Below the pieces are notes generated by a model, which had not been told where the DNA came from, did no database searches, and was given only the letters and a program-made list of their open reading frames with translations. From the NCBI RefSeq assembly GCF_006345805.1, contig NW_021831856.1:1-64000 (forward strand): 64,000 nucleotides of DNA, given 5' to 3'. Of this stretch, positions 39,326 to 52,039 are shown one piece after another. The first letter of the stretch is position 1. Each line of letters starts with the position of its first letter. A program made the translations under genes and the position numbers. The stretch is from Octopus sinensis (lineage: Eukaryota).

Positions 39326-39471
39326 AGATCAAAACAGTTTGTTTCAGATTTCTTGGTACTCTAAGTTTCAAGCGTGTGGCTAGTCTTCGGTTATCAGAGC
39401 CCAATGGCCGAAGACTAGCAGCACTCTTGAAACCCAGAATACCAAAGAGCTGAATCAAACTGTTTTGATCT
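39326..39471. repeat. Long hairpin / fold-back MITE
   Basis: ~67-bp imperfect arms agatcaaaacagtttg...gctagtcttcgg / ccgaagactagc...caaactgttttgatct. Confidence 0.85.
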
Positions 39472-39524
39472 AAACATGCAACTCCCAATAAATGTTGAGT
39501 GCCCTTTCGCCTGTCGATTCACTT

Positions 39525-39790
39525 GTATATTATATATATACATATATATATATAAAATATATAATATAATATATATATGTATATATATATATACTTATAT
39601 ATATATACATATATAAATATGTATATATATATATGTATATATATATATGTATATATATATATAATATATATAATATATATATATATGATATATATATGTA
39701 TGTATGATATATATATATATATATGTGTATATATATATACTTATATATAATCATATATATATATGTATATATAATTGTATATATTATATA

Positions 39791-39826
<36 letters not shown>

Positions 39827-40040
39827 ATAGTATATATAATGTATGTATATATATATATGTATATATATACTTGCATATATATATGTATGTATATATATAT
39901 ATATATATACATATATATATGTTATATATATATATATTATATATAATATATATATATAATTATATATATATATATATATACAGGCAGATAGATAGATAGA
40001 TAGATAGACAGGCATATATTTATACACACACACACAACTC
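39525..40040. repeat. Long degenerate (TA)n tract; others at ~12780-12950, 21560-21760, 56030-56270, 57420-57628
   Basis: Direct reading. Confidence 0.95.
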
Positions 40041-40734
40041 AAACGCACATATGCATATATAGGTGCATGCGTGGCTGTATGTATGTATGTTTTATGTATG
40101 TATAAGCATTATCCTTCGGCTACGATATGAAAACACAAAAAAAACGTGTAAATAATTTTTATTTATTTTATTTATTCATTTATTAGTTCAAGAGTTATTT
40201 GTTGAAGTCTTAATCATAACATAACCGTCAGGCAGCGGTCGTTCGCACGTAAAAGACAAATATTACAGAAAGTGCAATTCTTCTAAATCCAATAAATTCA
40301 GCTGGATCCATTGTGGATTATATTTGAAAAATTTTTTTTTCAAAACAATGTGATCAACTTAAAGCAACATAAAGCTGTACAAATTGCAATAGTTGGAGTT
40401 GTAATCATATCATAAACGTCACACAGAGGTTGTTTACATGAAGAAAACAAATATTCTGAAGGAAATAAATATTCTGAAGTTGAAGGATTCATTAGGAATT
40501 ACAATTTCAAAATTATTATAAAGCCATTATTTTAATGATCTTACATCAAGGTACTCGTACGCAAAATACAATATGACGCTGGGATCTTCGACCGCCAGTC
40601 ACAGTTTCTCGTAATATAGATGAGAGAAACAATAGTATTATTTACGACAACCAAAATGCTCAGTTCGTGAGTGTTATACATGTTGATTCGTACACACAAC
40701 GTGGACACACATATACACACACATTCATATATAT

Positions 40735-40930
40735 ATAACGGGAAAGTTTACGAAAATAAACAAAAGACGAAGGCAGGTGGAGTACAAACAAACAAATGTG
40801 TTAGTATAGCGCTCAGGAATAGAAATAGAAAAAGTCTTTTACGTTTCGAGCCTACGCTCTTCGACAAAAAGATACAGAGAAAATAAAAGGAGAGAAAAAA
40901 ATGCGTTTAGGAGCTAACGATCTATCATGG
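40735..40930 (-). mobile_element. Penelope/retrozyme-like element with a degenerate minimal hammerhead (40835-40872)
   Basis: tcttt-TTGTCGA-a-gagc(gtag)gctc-GAAA-cgt-a-aaaga; related terminal fragment at 41263-41315. Confidence 0.65.
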
Positions 40931-41166
40931 CGGGATGGCATTATTAAAATACCATCACAAATGGTAAGCGAATTCTCAGCCGTACAGGCAAATTAATCAA
41001 ATATATACATACAATATTAGATATGTACATATACACACAAGGGTACCACATGAGTACCTATATCGCCAATGACAGAAGTCAAAAATACTTCTGTACCGCT
41101 GAATAGTCACAAATCTATTACAGACAAGATAGGAAAAAATAGCAGTGAACAATAATGTCTTACCTC

Positions 41167-41230
<64 letters not shown>

Positions 41231-41345
41231 TACTATATTATATATATATATATATATATATACAGGGAAATTCACAAAAACAAAAGACGAAGACAGGTGG
41301 TGTAGACAACAAACATATTATTTACGTATGTACTTTCTGGGTTGA

Positions 41346-41427
<82 letters not shown>

Positions 41428-41559
41428 CGTTTTGGGATTTAGTTTGCAAGATTCTTTATATGAGTTCGTGTTTTGAAGCATATTCTATTGTGTCTGGGGA
41501 GAGTCATTTTCTTTTTGTGCCTTATAATGTAACACACTCACCGGTATAATTTTCACTTA

Positions 41560-41720
41560 TTGTTCGAAGAATGTGTCCCCACTATGCGAACCCTATGAAA
41601 TGAAAAAACATATACAGAACTTCATGCACCGCATTCAGTTCTCTGGATATGATCAGAAAGATAGGGTTCGAGTACACAGGGGTTCTATAAACAACGGCAT
41701 AACTATGAAATTCATAAAGA
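41560..41720 (+). mobile_element. Penelope-like RT thumb fragment
   Basis: KHIQNFMHRIQFSGYDQKDRVRV. Confidence 0.5.
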
Positions 41721-41767
41721 CCATTTGTTAATTTTGATCCTATTTTTCTCATACAGCTGCATATCGC

Positions 41768-42000
41768 AGGCGCATGGGTTAGTGGTTAGGTTATTTGGAT
41801 CCCGATTAAGAGTTCGATTCCCAGAGGCGCGTGGTGTTCTTGAGCAACACATTCTGTGTCACGTTGAATTTCCCTGATTACTATATTAAGGACACGCGAA
41901 TCTGTGGAGTACTCAGCCACTTGCATGTTAATTTTACGAGCAGGCTGTTCCGTTGATCGGATTAATCGGAACCTTCCTCGTCGTAACCGACGGAATGCCA
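41768..42000 (+). mobile_element. tRNA-derived SINE family C
   Basis: gcgcatgggttagtggttagg A-box, gagttcgattccc B-box, tail tcgtaaccgacggaatgcc. Confidence 0.8.
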
Positions 42001-42378
42001 GTTTTCAGTAATTAATTTTTAGTACTAATCCCTTCCATGATTGGAACCGGATTTTACCTGTATACAAGACATAGAGACAAGACTTTCGATGGTACCCTTA
42101 CAAATGAAATGATAAGAAAAATTCGATATTACGATATTCCGGTAGACCAACCTTGGATAACAGATTATTGTTTTAATTATTAATATAGTTTAACTATTCA
42201 GCCGTATTTAGTTCCTTACCTTATATATATATATATATAATACATTTTGGAGGGAGATACGAATTTGCCTGTCTATATAAATGTGGATATGCTAGTGGAC
42301 TGTTATATCTTTCGATGTCGCCTGGTCGAATATATAATAGGTGAGTTTTTTCCTAGCATTTCTAGATTTATGGGAAAT

Positions 42379-42435
42379 ATTATGTTGATAAGGAAATGAA
42401 CTTACGATTCTAATCCAGAAACGATCGTCCATAAT
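42379..42435 (+). ncRNA. Type I hammerhead motif with U3/A8 core, within element ~42240-42640
   Basis: attatg-TTGATAA-gga...tcca-GAAA-cgatcg-TC-cataat; 6-bp stem I, GUC triplet. Confidence 0.72.
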
Positions 42436-42734
42436 TAATCCAGTAGACTGTGTGATTTTGTTGTCTTCCTTCTTTTTAACATATATAGGTTACAAATACT
42501 GTTGTTTGTGGAGACTTATTTTTGTAGTAATAGTAATAGTATGGGCATTTGACAAATGGGCATTTGACTGCTATTTCTAATATTTTCGGTATGTGGTTTA
42601 AGCAACTTGTTGCAAAAAAAACCTTTATTATAATCATATATACATATATATCTTTATGGCATCTTCTTCCTAAAATTCATTGTTACTTCTTACCTAATTT
42701 TACCGACATCAATATCTCAAAATAAAACCATTTA

Positions 42735-44000
42735 TTAACACCCGTTCTCCTCTACATCGACCTGATATATTCTTCTGTCCTCATTATTGTGTGTAAAGAC
42801 AAAAGTGCTGGAACTGGAGTGGCAAATTAGAGCTAGAGCGACTAACAAAATTCTTGAAGGATATTTAGTTACCTCCCTGTACTCTCTGAGCTTAAAATAC
42901 TGCGTTGTTGTCAACCATAGATGAATTGATTGCAAAAATAGCAGTGAAGTACTGAGAGGAAAAATGATTTGCTGTTCTTTCCCTAAAAACTATTTTCGCC
43001 TGTTACCTGTGTTATAAAAGGATTTTATACTATTAGATGGGCTGATGGTGAGTATTGAAGCAAGGGATTAAATATGTCCTAGTATTTAACTAATTTGCAT
43101 TACATCCTGAATTCAAGTATCACGGAAGTCAACTTTGACTTTTATTTATCCGTAAGTCGATACAGTATATATCTATTAATTTATAAACTAATTAAATGCA
43201 AACAATAACTCTGAGCACCTTTCCAAACTCCACCCGTCTAACACCCGTGGATATATTTACAAAGTCAGAAAACAGTACAGCTCCCATGACTTTCGGAAAC
43301 ATTTTTACACGCTGAGAGTTGCTGAAGCATGGAACAAACTGCCGGCATCAGTTGTTAGTTGTCGGAGCACTGCATCCTTCAAAACTTCTATGCTTTCTGA
43401 GATTCGCCAACACGACACCTGATTTTCTCCCCTCCATACACACACAAGCATGTATCTGACTCATACAATATTCGCTTTCCAGACATTTGTACATTACTGC
43501 ATATACTTTATACGCACTTTCTGACACGTTGAGGTGCACCTGAGCACTGTATACAATAATTTCATTATTATTAAATGCACATGTAAATCTGGCAAGCCAT
43601 GACAAACTGAGGAAGCAATATAAATACATCTTATACAAAAGAGTAGACAAAAACAAAAGCAAAATCTAGAAAGAAGGAAAAGTAGAACGAACACACAATG
43701 AACAATTAAAAGATTCTGTCGTTAAATCTTTTGTAGCCGCCATGAATTGGAAAATTATACTTATGGCTAGTGAATCTTTGAAAATATATTATACAAGTAA
43801 TAAACCCGAAGTTCAAACTATCTAATTTTATTTATATTGAAACAGTTCAGTCACTTGTATTTTCATATAGCTCCCCGCTATAGGCAACGATAGCGCTATT
43901 TTCTTTCGTCCTTATGCACTGTTGAATTCTAATCTTTTCTTTTCTGTATTGATATAAGCATCTAATAGTCTAGTACAGAGAGATAAATGGCCACTAAAAA
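42735..44000 (-). pseudogene. Endogenous paramyxovirus-like M (matrix) gene fossil
   Basis: SLPIA 43876-43890 and IV*TSGL (cf. SLPLG, VRRTAGL); ISPSNSIK...FLGKEQQIIFPL...IHLW 42915-43046 in register with recalled NDV LGPSVLVK...CYPI...ILW; split by the CR1 insertion. Confidence 0.8.
43215..43690 (+). mobile_element. CR1-type LINE 3' end
   Basis: HDFRKHF/TLRVAEAWNKLP plus 3' UTR; same family as 55188-55305. Confidence 0.8.
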
Positions 44001-44432
44001 CTCAACACCATTAAAACAAAGTTAAATAACACCCCACCACCATATATTGGGCCGTTTATATCCTATTGTTATATGATATTTACTAACATGTGAAGTAGAA
44101 TAAGCTCAAGAACATTTTGTGCAACTCACTTCAACCACTAGAACAAATGGTGTGACCCTATACGATGGCTCAACATTGTAGAAAAAGTGGCTAAATCTTT
44201 CTTAAATCGAACGCACATCTTTAAAAAAGTAGGAGAATAAATAATAATAAGAACAGGCTGTTGACCACCGCTGTGGTCTTTGCTCACACTTCTGCCAATT
44301 CAACGTTTTGGACTGGTGGCATATTATCGACCCGATTGGTGGAAAAGTCAATTTTGAAGTCTGTAGGATTTGAACCTCGAGCGCATTCAGTAGGAACATA
44401 TACGGCGCGGTATTTTACCCAACTCTCTAGAG

Positions 44433-44633
44433 CAGTGGTTTTCAACCAGGGTTCCGCCAGAACAGTCCAGGGGTTCCGCAAGAAGTTACAAAACTGCTAA
44501 AATCGACAGTAATTTTTAATTCTCCTGTGCAGATATGTGTGCATAAGTCTATTAAATTATTGCACAGGGGTTCCTCGAGCCAGTGGAATGTTTCCTTGGG
44601 GTTCCGCTCCAGCAAAAATATTGAAAAGCACTG
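44433..44633. mobile_element. hAT (Charlie-like) MITE
   Basis: TIRs cagtggttttcaa / ttgaaaagcactg; perfect 8-bp TSD ctctagag at 44425-44432 and 44634-44641. Confidence 0.92.
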
Positions 44634-44723
44634 CTCTAGAGGGTCTGTATCTGTGCGTGCCTGAGTGTGTGCATGTGAGTGTGTGCAAATGTATATGTAC
44701 ATATATATGCATATGTAAGTGTG

Positions 44724-44769
<46 letters not shown>

Positions 44770-45084
44770 TATATATGTATACACACACACACACAGATTC
44801 GCATACGGATACACGCAGACGTATACATATACAGGCAAAAACATTCACAGGCATATATGTGGGTGTGCGTGTGCCGGAGTGTCTGTGCGAGGGCGTATTT
44901 GTGTACACAAGTGAACATTGCAACGGGGAAATAGTTTCACATATAACAATTTACGTAACTGTATGTATTCAATAAATGGTGAAATTATAGTTTCATAGAC
45001 TATAATAGCCGAAGAGAGTGTCTTAAGTATTCTAGGATTTAAAAGAGTGGAACCAATACAATAACTGAAAGATAAAAGAATATA

Positions 45085-45490
45085 CAGGAGTGGCTGTGTG
45101 GTAAGTAGCTTGCTAACCAACCACATGGTTCCGGGTTCAGTCCCACTGCGCGGCACCTTGGGCAAGTGTCTTCTCTACTATAGCCTCGGGCCGACCAAAG
45201 CCTTGTGAGTGGATTTGGTAGACGGAACTGAAAGAAGCCTGTCGTATATATGTATATATATATGTATGTGTGTGTGTTTGCGTGTCTGTGTTTGTCCCCC
45301 TAGCATTGCTTGACAACCGATGCTGGTGTGTTTATGTCCCCGTCACTTAGCGGTTCGGCAAAAGAGACCGATAGAATAGTACTTACTGGGCTTACAAAGA
45401 ATAAGTGCCGGAGTCGAGTTGCTCGATTAAAGGTGGTGCTCCAGCATGGCCGCAGTCAAATGACTGAAACGAGTAAAAGAGTAAAAGAGT
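45085..45490 (+). mobile_element. SINE family A, full length
   Basis: Head caggagtggctgtgtggtaag to (gtaaaaga)2 tail. Confidence 0.92.
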
Positions 45491-45619
45491 GTGAGAAACA
45501 CTTACAGTGTTATAACTGTCAAAGGAGACCACTCTTATAAACACTTGCGAATTACCTCCCTTGAAATGATTTTTTTTTTCCTTACAAAGTAGGTATGTTT
45601 ATTTATCTTTTCTGTAATT

Positions 45620-46020
45620 AACTTAGCCATTAAAGTACGGCCAAGCTGGAACGCCCCCACCCCTTTTTTTTTTTAGCTGAATGATCCGACCCCAGTGCTG
45701 GTTTCTTCTTTTTTTAAACCTGGTACATATTCTATCGGTTTTTGTTGCTGAAACGCTAGGTTACGCGGACGTAAACACTAACACCAGTTGTCAACCGGTA
45801 GTGACGAACAAACATACATATATATATAAATGTATATATATATATATATAATATATATATATATATGTATGTATGTATACGAAGGGCTTATATGAGTTTT
45901 CGTCTATCATATTCATACACAATACTATAGCCGGATGCTATAGTAGAACAGACGAGCCCAAGGTGCCAGGTAGTGAGACTGAACCCAGAATCACGTAGTC
46001 GCGAACCAAGGCCACGCAGC
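45620..46020 (-). mobile_element. SINE family A, diverged
   Basis: Colinear with 34650-35050. Confidence 0.75.
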
Positions 46021-46912
46021 CTCGCCCGCGCAGACACGCCCGTGCAGTCACGTTCGCGCATGAAATAAATTTAAATAACTTTGCCGTGAAATCATATTCA
46101 TTATACTTCCGTTTTGCTTTAAATATTTATCAATAATACTGCTGCAGGAAAATACTAATGGTAAAGAAAGCAAGATCGTTCTGCAAACATGTGACTCTCA
46201 GGTTCAGTCCCACTGCGCGGTACCTTGCGCGAGTAACTATTACTATAACACCGAAATGAAAACTAAAATACCTTGTGAGTGAATTTGATTGACGAAAACT
46301 GTTTCAAAGTCCATCCTGTGTTTACACACATACACACACACACACACATAGCTATATGCAAAATTTAGGTTAGTTAAAATATGTTTGTGACATTTTTCAA
46401 CTGCTAAAAGTCAAATTCACTGCAGTTACTGTGGAGTAAATATCTCACTCATGGTAAAAAGGTGTCAAAACACCTGCTTTGTTCAGTGGCACCATCTATC
46501 AGGAATCACAGACCTCGATTGTTCTAGTTCATTGACTCTTATCAATGGGATGTACCTAAGAGAGGCAATGCCGAACAAACTTATAAAGCTTTATGTAAAA
46601 TTCAGTCAATAACGTTTACTGATTTGCGCTGGTAGATCGCCCGATCTAGGAAAATCACGAAACGTTAGCGCTAAGCAGTGCTTAGGCATATAATTATATG
46701 TAATTATAAGATCCAAGGATCTAAGTGCAGGAAGTTAATAAACTTCGAACAGTCCGTTGTAGGTATAACAAACAACTTTCAGGAACAATAATAGTTTTAT
46801 GGCGTAGATGGTTGTAAGATTCCCCGCCCCCATATCGAGTAAGTTACTTTATATTTCGCGATTAGCATCTAGAGTTACTATGACGTTTACCTGCTTCATT
46901 CCTTCAATTTGA

Positions 46913-46964
<52 letters not shown>

Positions 46965-47142
46965 TATATATATATTTTATATATATATACAATATATATG
47001 ACACAATCGGTGACACAATCGTTTCATTCACAAATTGAATTCGGTGATACTAGTTGTGGATTCTGCTCGCTCTGATACTGAGTTGAGTTGGTGCCTTCTA
47101 GTATCTCAAAATTCAATATATAATCATTTATGATTATAGTAT

Positions 47143-47252
47143 TCTACGCTGAAGAGAAAAGAAGTTTCGGTAAGATAGAATTATTTAATATTTAATATTA
47201 AATTCTGTGCTTTCCTTCCTAAAAACTTGATTTCGAAACGTACGTCCGTAGA
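47143..47252 (+). ncRNA. Canonical type I hammerhead ribozyme in element ~46990-47435
   Basis: tctacg-CTGAAGA-gaaa[~70 nt]tttc-GAAA-cgtacg-TC-cgtaga; intact core, GUC triplet, palindromic stem III. Confidence 0.9.
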
Positions 47253-47454
47253 TAACTTAAAAATGTATGATAGATTGCCGTCAATTCATTCTCTCTTACC
47301 TGTTTGTGTCTGCCTTCAAATTGCTGTTTTTTACTGAGAGTCCTTTTTAGTAGAAGAAATAGCTAAAACCCTTTAACTGCTATTTCTAAATTCGGTATGC
47401 GGTAAGGCAATTCGTTGCTAAACCCTTTATTGCTATATATATACACATATATAT

Positions 47455-47511
47455 ATCCTCGACTGGCTTATTTTATAGACCCCGACAGGCAAAGTCGAAC
47501 TATATATATAT

Positions 47512-47553
<42 letters not shown>

Positions 47554-47675
47554 TATCCTCGACTGGTGCTTATTTTATAGACCCCGACAGGCAAAGTCGA
47601 CCTCGGCGGTATTTGAACGTAAAACGGACGAAATACCACTAAGCATTTTACCCGGCATGCAAACGATTCACCCAC
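47455..47675 (-). mobile_element. SINE family B fragment with local duplication
   Basis: cctcgactgg...ggcaaagtcga present twice around a (TA)n tract. Confidence 0.7.
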
Positions 47676-47697
47676 TACTCACCTTATTAACACACAC

Positions 47698-47728
<31 letters not shown>

Positions 47729-47869
47729 ACACACACACACACAGTATTATATATATATATATGGTTGTATATTATGGCTGTAAATACGTGTATGTATTTA
47801 TGTTACGAAAAAGGAGGCAGTCAGATTTTTGGATAATTCTTTATTATCGCTTTCGTTTGTTTAACCAAA

Positions 47870-48098
47870 CAAAAATTGAACCCAAATAATTAAAACAGAA
47901 CGTTTAATAGGTTTTATATATGAATAGAAGAGCGGATGTTTTTTTTTTATTGTTTTAATTTTTTTTTTGCTTAGAAGAAGAGAAAACGCTTTTTGTAGAA
48001 ATTTTCTCCTCTTCTATAGAAAACAAAGAAATATCAGCTCTTCGGTTCATATAAAAATCGATGAAACGTTCTGTTTTTATTATTTTGGTTTAATTTTG
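47870..48098. repeat. Fold-back / MITE-like inverted repeat
   Basis: aaataattaaaacagaacgttt...agaagaagagaaaa / ttttctcctcttct...aaacgttctgtttttattattt. Confidence 0.7.
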
Positions 48099-49584
48099 CC
48101 TTTTTTCAAACTCTTGGCATATATTTAGTATGGCTTGTGGTAAGAAGTTTGCTTCCCATCCATATGGCTCCGAATTCAGTCCTCCTGCGTGGTACGTTGG
48201 CCAATGGTCTTCTACTATAGCCTCTGTATGTATGTATGTATGTATATATATATACGAGCAAAACGCCCCCGTCCAATGGACGGTACTGAGTTGTCAAACA
48301 TTTAAACCAAATTTTCTCAAAACAACTTGTCGGACCGTCCCATAGGCCTCGCCTTTGAGAAACACTGATTTAACCTAAATTTGAGACACCAGCAAAAGAA
48401 GAACTAAAGATGGATTTTTTTTCTATTCCAAAGAAAAACGATTTTATTCACACAAATATGCAACTGAAGTGTTTAAAGTACCCGTAATGACTGGGAGAAT
48501 ATTCAAAACGGTAAACCAATCACGGTGTCTAATTGTATTTAAATGTGTTTACGAATATTTTTGCTCATATGTTGTCACGCTGTTTCACTTCTTTACTTGA
48601 TTCAATAATCGGTAACATGCAACTCAGAGTAAGGATTCAAGAAGCTTGCACTCCTAATATTATACATACAAACTTTAAGCACTGAGTACTTGGTTCCACT
48701 ATTGCACAAGCACTTAATAACTTGTACAACTCGTACATGCACGCGCGTTACGGGTATGTATGTGTTGTGTGGATTGTTTTACAGAAAGCTTTACTGTCTG
48801 AGATATATTTGGAGTCGAGTGTAACCTGAAGTTTTCAAGGCAGGCTGCCATCAAATATTCGCTTACTTAGTATCATGCTAACAAAATCTCTCTGATTTTA
48901 CACTTCCAGACATAATCCGCTTTTCGGCAGTGGAAAGCAATGATGAATAATTTTCAGTAGTTCAATTTGTGCTTGTTCCAACTGAAAATTTCTACTCAAT
49001 AAAGCTGTTAATCCATGTGTCGTTTGTGATCTTTTCCTACAAAGTAGTCAAGCGCTAATAGGAGATTGCCAAATTACAATGAAGCTTATGTTGGCACGTC
49101 ATCAATTTAACTACTCGTGCTTTTGTCAATGTTTTTGAAACACTTGGTGGTCATCAATTACCGTCCAGTTAACATCAATTTAGAATACTGTAATACGTCG
49201 GTCGGTGTTCTGGCTACGTTCCTGAAAATGCCGGAGTAAATGAAACAACGCCACACGGAAGTCATGATATTATATAAATAGATACAAGGTTGGAAAGATC
49301 TTTTTAAACAGCAATACAAACACAGGTGAAAGGAATAGATATCTTTTAACAACTGAAAATTAAAAACAAAACTGCTGTTTTAGATAACCTCACAATGTGA
49401 TATTGCCTATATTCAAATGTTATGTTGAAATTAGATAACAATTTTAATATCGTTTATATATTTGTTGTGCAAGATTTTTTATGTGAAGTCGTGTGTTGAA
49501 ACAGATATTGTTATATTTCGGAATTGTCATTTTTCCAGTTTAGCCAATATCAATAGTGTATTTGTAAATTAGTTTATATATTTT

Positions 49585-49800
49585 TCTTTACTACCCACAA
49601 GAGAGGACAGACAAGGACAGAAAAACGGATTAAGTCGATTACATCGACCCCAGTGCGTATCTGGTACTTAATTTATCGACTCCGAAAGAATGAAAGGCAA
49701 AGCCGACCTCGGCGGAATTTGAACTCAGAACGTAACGGCAGACGAAATACGGCTACGCATTTCGCCCGGCGTGCTAACGTTTCTGCCAGCTCGCCGCCTT
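49585..49800 (-). mobile_element. SINE family B
   Basis: Reverse complement of 9569-9800. Confidence 0.9.
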
Positions 49801-50281
49801 TTCGTCCGATACGATACCCACTCTACGAAACCGCCAACATTTTCCTTCTATTGTTATTTCTGCTGTTGTTATATTTATTGTTGGTGGTGCTGGAGAGGTT
49901 AAGTGTAGTAATCTAGTTTTCCTGTTATTGTTGACTCTATTCTTCCCACCCACTCTTCGATTTAAGATTACTGCTCTTAGGGATTAATTACTGTCGTGTT
50001 TATGCTTTTTGTTTTACCGTTTTTTTTTTTTTGTTTAGCTTGATTGCTTCAATTATTTCTAAAATCAAAGAAAACATATCTCCATCATGTTAAGTGCAAA
50101 CGTGATAGTGTGATTGATGGTTATCCAGTTTTTTACTTCTGATGTTTGATTGGAGTGTAACGGTAGGAAGGAGGGCAGCTGGAAAAGAGAGTGAGGGATA
50201 TACACAAAACGCACACATTTATACATATATAAATATAAATATAAATACACACACACACACACACACAGACACACACACACA

Positions 50282-50356
<75 letters not shown>

Positions 50357-50942
50357 AGAGAGAGAGGGAGAAGGTGATAATGACAGAGATTGAGAAAAAT
50401 ATTCTGATCTACTGTATCTATTGGTTATATACCGTCTAGCAGCCGAGGGTGAGGTCCGGGATGGAGTTGTGAGCTGGTTACTCATTGAGCTTGAGATCAT
50501 TCCTCTCCTTTTTATATTCGCAATGTTCTTTCCTTTCTCCTTTTTAATTTCTTCTCTTGTCTCACAATAGCTGTATTTCGCCAGCCCATACTTCTTCCTT
50601 CTCTTTGCTCACATACATACATACATACATACATACATACATACATACATACATACACACACACACATACATACATACATACACACACACGTATATATAA
50701 ACAAAAATGCACACACACATGCACACATACATCTCAAAATTCAGCTAGGTTGTTGCAGCGTTTTAAGAGGTACTACTACAGTTGTCAAAGCTCAACTGTC
50801 AGTTAAACACATTTCAAATCTGATGATTACTCTATGTATGAAAGCGCTAATTTAACTTTATGAGCATTACAAAATATTTTTTTAATGTTAAAATACCAAA
50901 ATACAAAAGCGAAAACCAGACCATGATTTAACTTTACTCAAC

Positions 50943-50981
<39 letters not shown>

Positions 50982-51297
50982 TATTGTTGCCATAAGTATG
51001 GGACACAACAACGGACAGTTTGGCATTAACTAAATGTTTTCAATGAAGTGCAATTTCATTTTATATACGTCAGCAAGTATGTATTGTAGTGTAAATAATT
51101 CAAATTAGCAATACTAGTTTTCTACGTAAAAGGAGTAGCAAACGTTATAGAACATGTGCGCGACAGTAGCTGGAGGGTAGGATATATCTTTAGCAGGATA
51201 TATTTATCTCTTGCGAAATGTGATCGGACTTGGTTGTGGTATATCAGTCGTTAACTTGCGTAATTTTCATTTTACGAACTTATAAATAACAACGTGA

Positions 51298-51475
51298 AGG
51301 CGTGTGGCCTAGTAGTTAGGCTGTTGCACTTACGATCCCCAGATTGTAGGTTCGATTCCTAGATGCAACGGCGCGTTATGTTCTTGAGCAAAATACGTCA
51401 TTTCAAGTTGCTCCAGTTATTTTCCGTTGTGTAACAACATCTGATAGTTTAGCCGGTCACGTGATCATGTGATAC
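51298..51475 (+). mobile_element. SINE family C, internally deleted
   Basis: ggcgtgtggcctagtagttagg A-box, ggttcgattcc B-box. Confidence 0.7.
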
Positions 51476-51584
51476 ATAATAACAGGGCCCTAAAGAACCG
51501 GTTTCTACAACATTAAAGGAATAGAAGTCAAAATACCGTCTTGAATAAAGCGATATACCTTCGAATGTAGTTTTCTGTGTAGTA

Positions 51585-51631
<47 letters not shown>

Positions 51632-51669
51632 TGTACAAGCCAAACAATCACAATACAAACTCCGGGTAT

Positions 51670-51714
<45 letters not shown>

Positions 51715-52039
51715 AATACTGTTACTGCTACTGGTGTTGTTACTGACGCTGCTAATACCTACAATAGCGGCAATAAAAATTTACACGTTTATAGGGAGTA
51801 TAATTTTCCAAGTGAAGGAATGCTCACAAAAATGAGATTATGAAGGTTCCTTTTGTGTGTATTCATTGAACACGAATAAAGGGAGCGAATATGGATTCGT
51901 CGGTAGGAGTTGAGGAGGTAGTGGTATGTACGAACGTCCATTTGTATATATGTATGTATGTCTGTATGTAAGTCTGTATGTAACTACGTAGGTATTTTTG
52001 TGTGTATGTATACATGTATGCATGTATGTATGTATGTCA

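Larger units (their letters stand above)
38970..42180 (-). pseudogene. Endogenous paramyxovirus-like F (fusion) gene fossil, fragmented
   Basis: LLSKVG 42146-42163 (cf. LSKIG); fusion-peptide-like FLTSVIGDIGTHV 41047-41085; DWRSKIP 40580-40600 and Cys-rich 40200-40440; heptad-B-like SNTRLENSQQLMKV followed by a hydrophobic stretch in ORF 38968-39246. Confidence 0.75.
46690..49400 (-). pseudogene. Endogenous paramyxovirus-like N (nucleocapsid) gene fossil
   Basis: ILGVQAS*ILTLSCM 48616-48660 (cf. ILSIQAQVWV..AM); FGIEKKSIFSSSFAG 48388-48432 (cf. FGIETMYPALGLHEFAG); GAGNLTTIYA 46801-46830; HLDPWIL*L ~46700-46730. Confidence 0.75.

Noticed and set aside
39530-40048. YI-, CV-, HT-, poly-L/N/Y ORFs throughout the window
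   Set aside because: Microsatellite translations
42790-42860. ILLVALALICHS as the F signal peptide
   Set aside because: In frame with the M C-terminal motifs and too far from LSKVG; assigned to M
48030-48075. Hammerhead at gaaacgttctg in the 47870-48098 fold-back
   Set aside because: No CUGANGA-like core upstream
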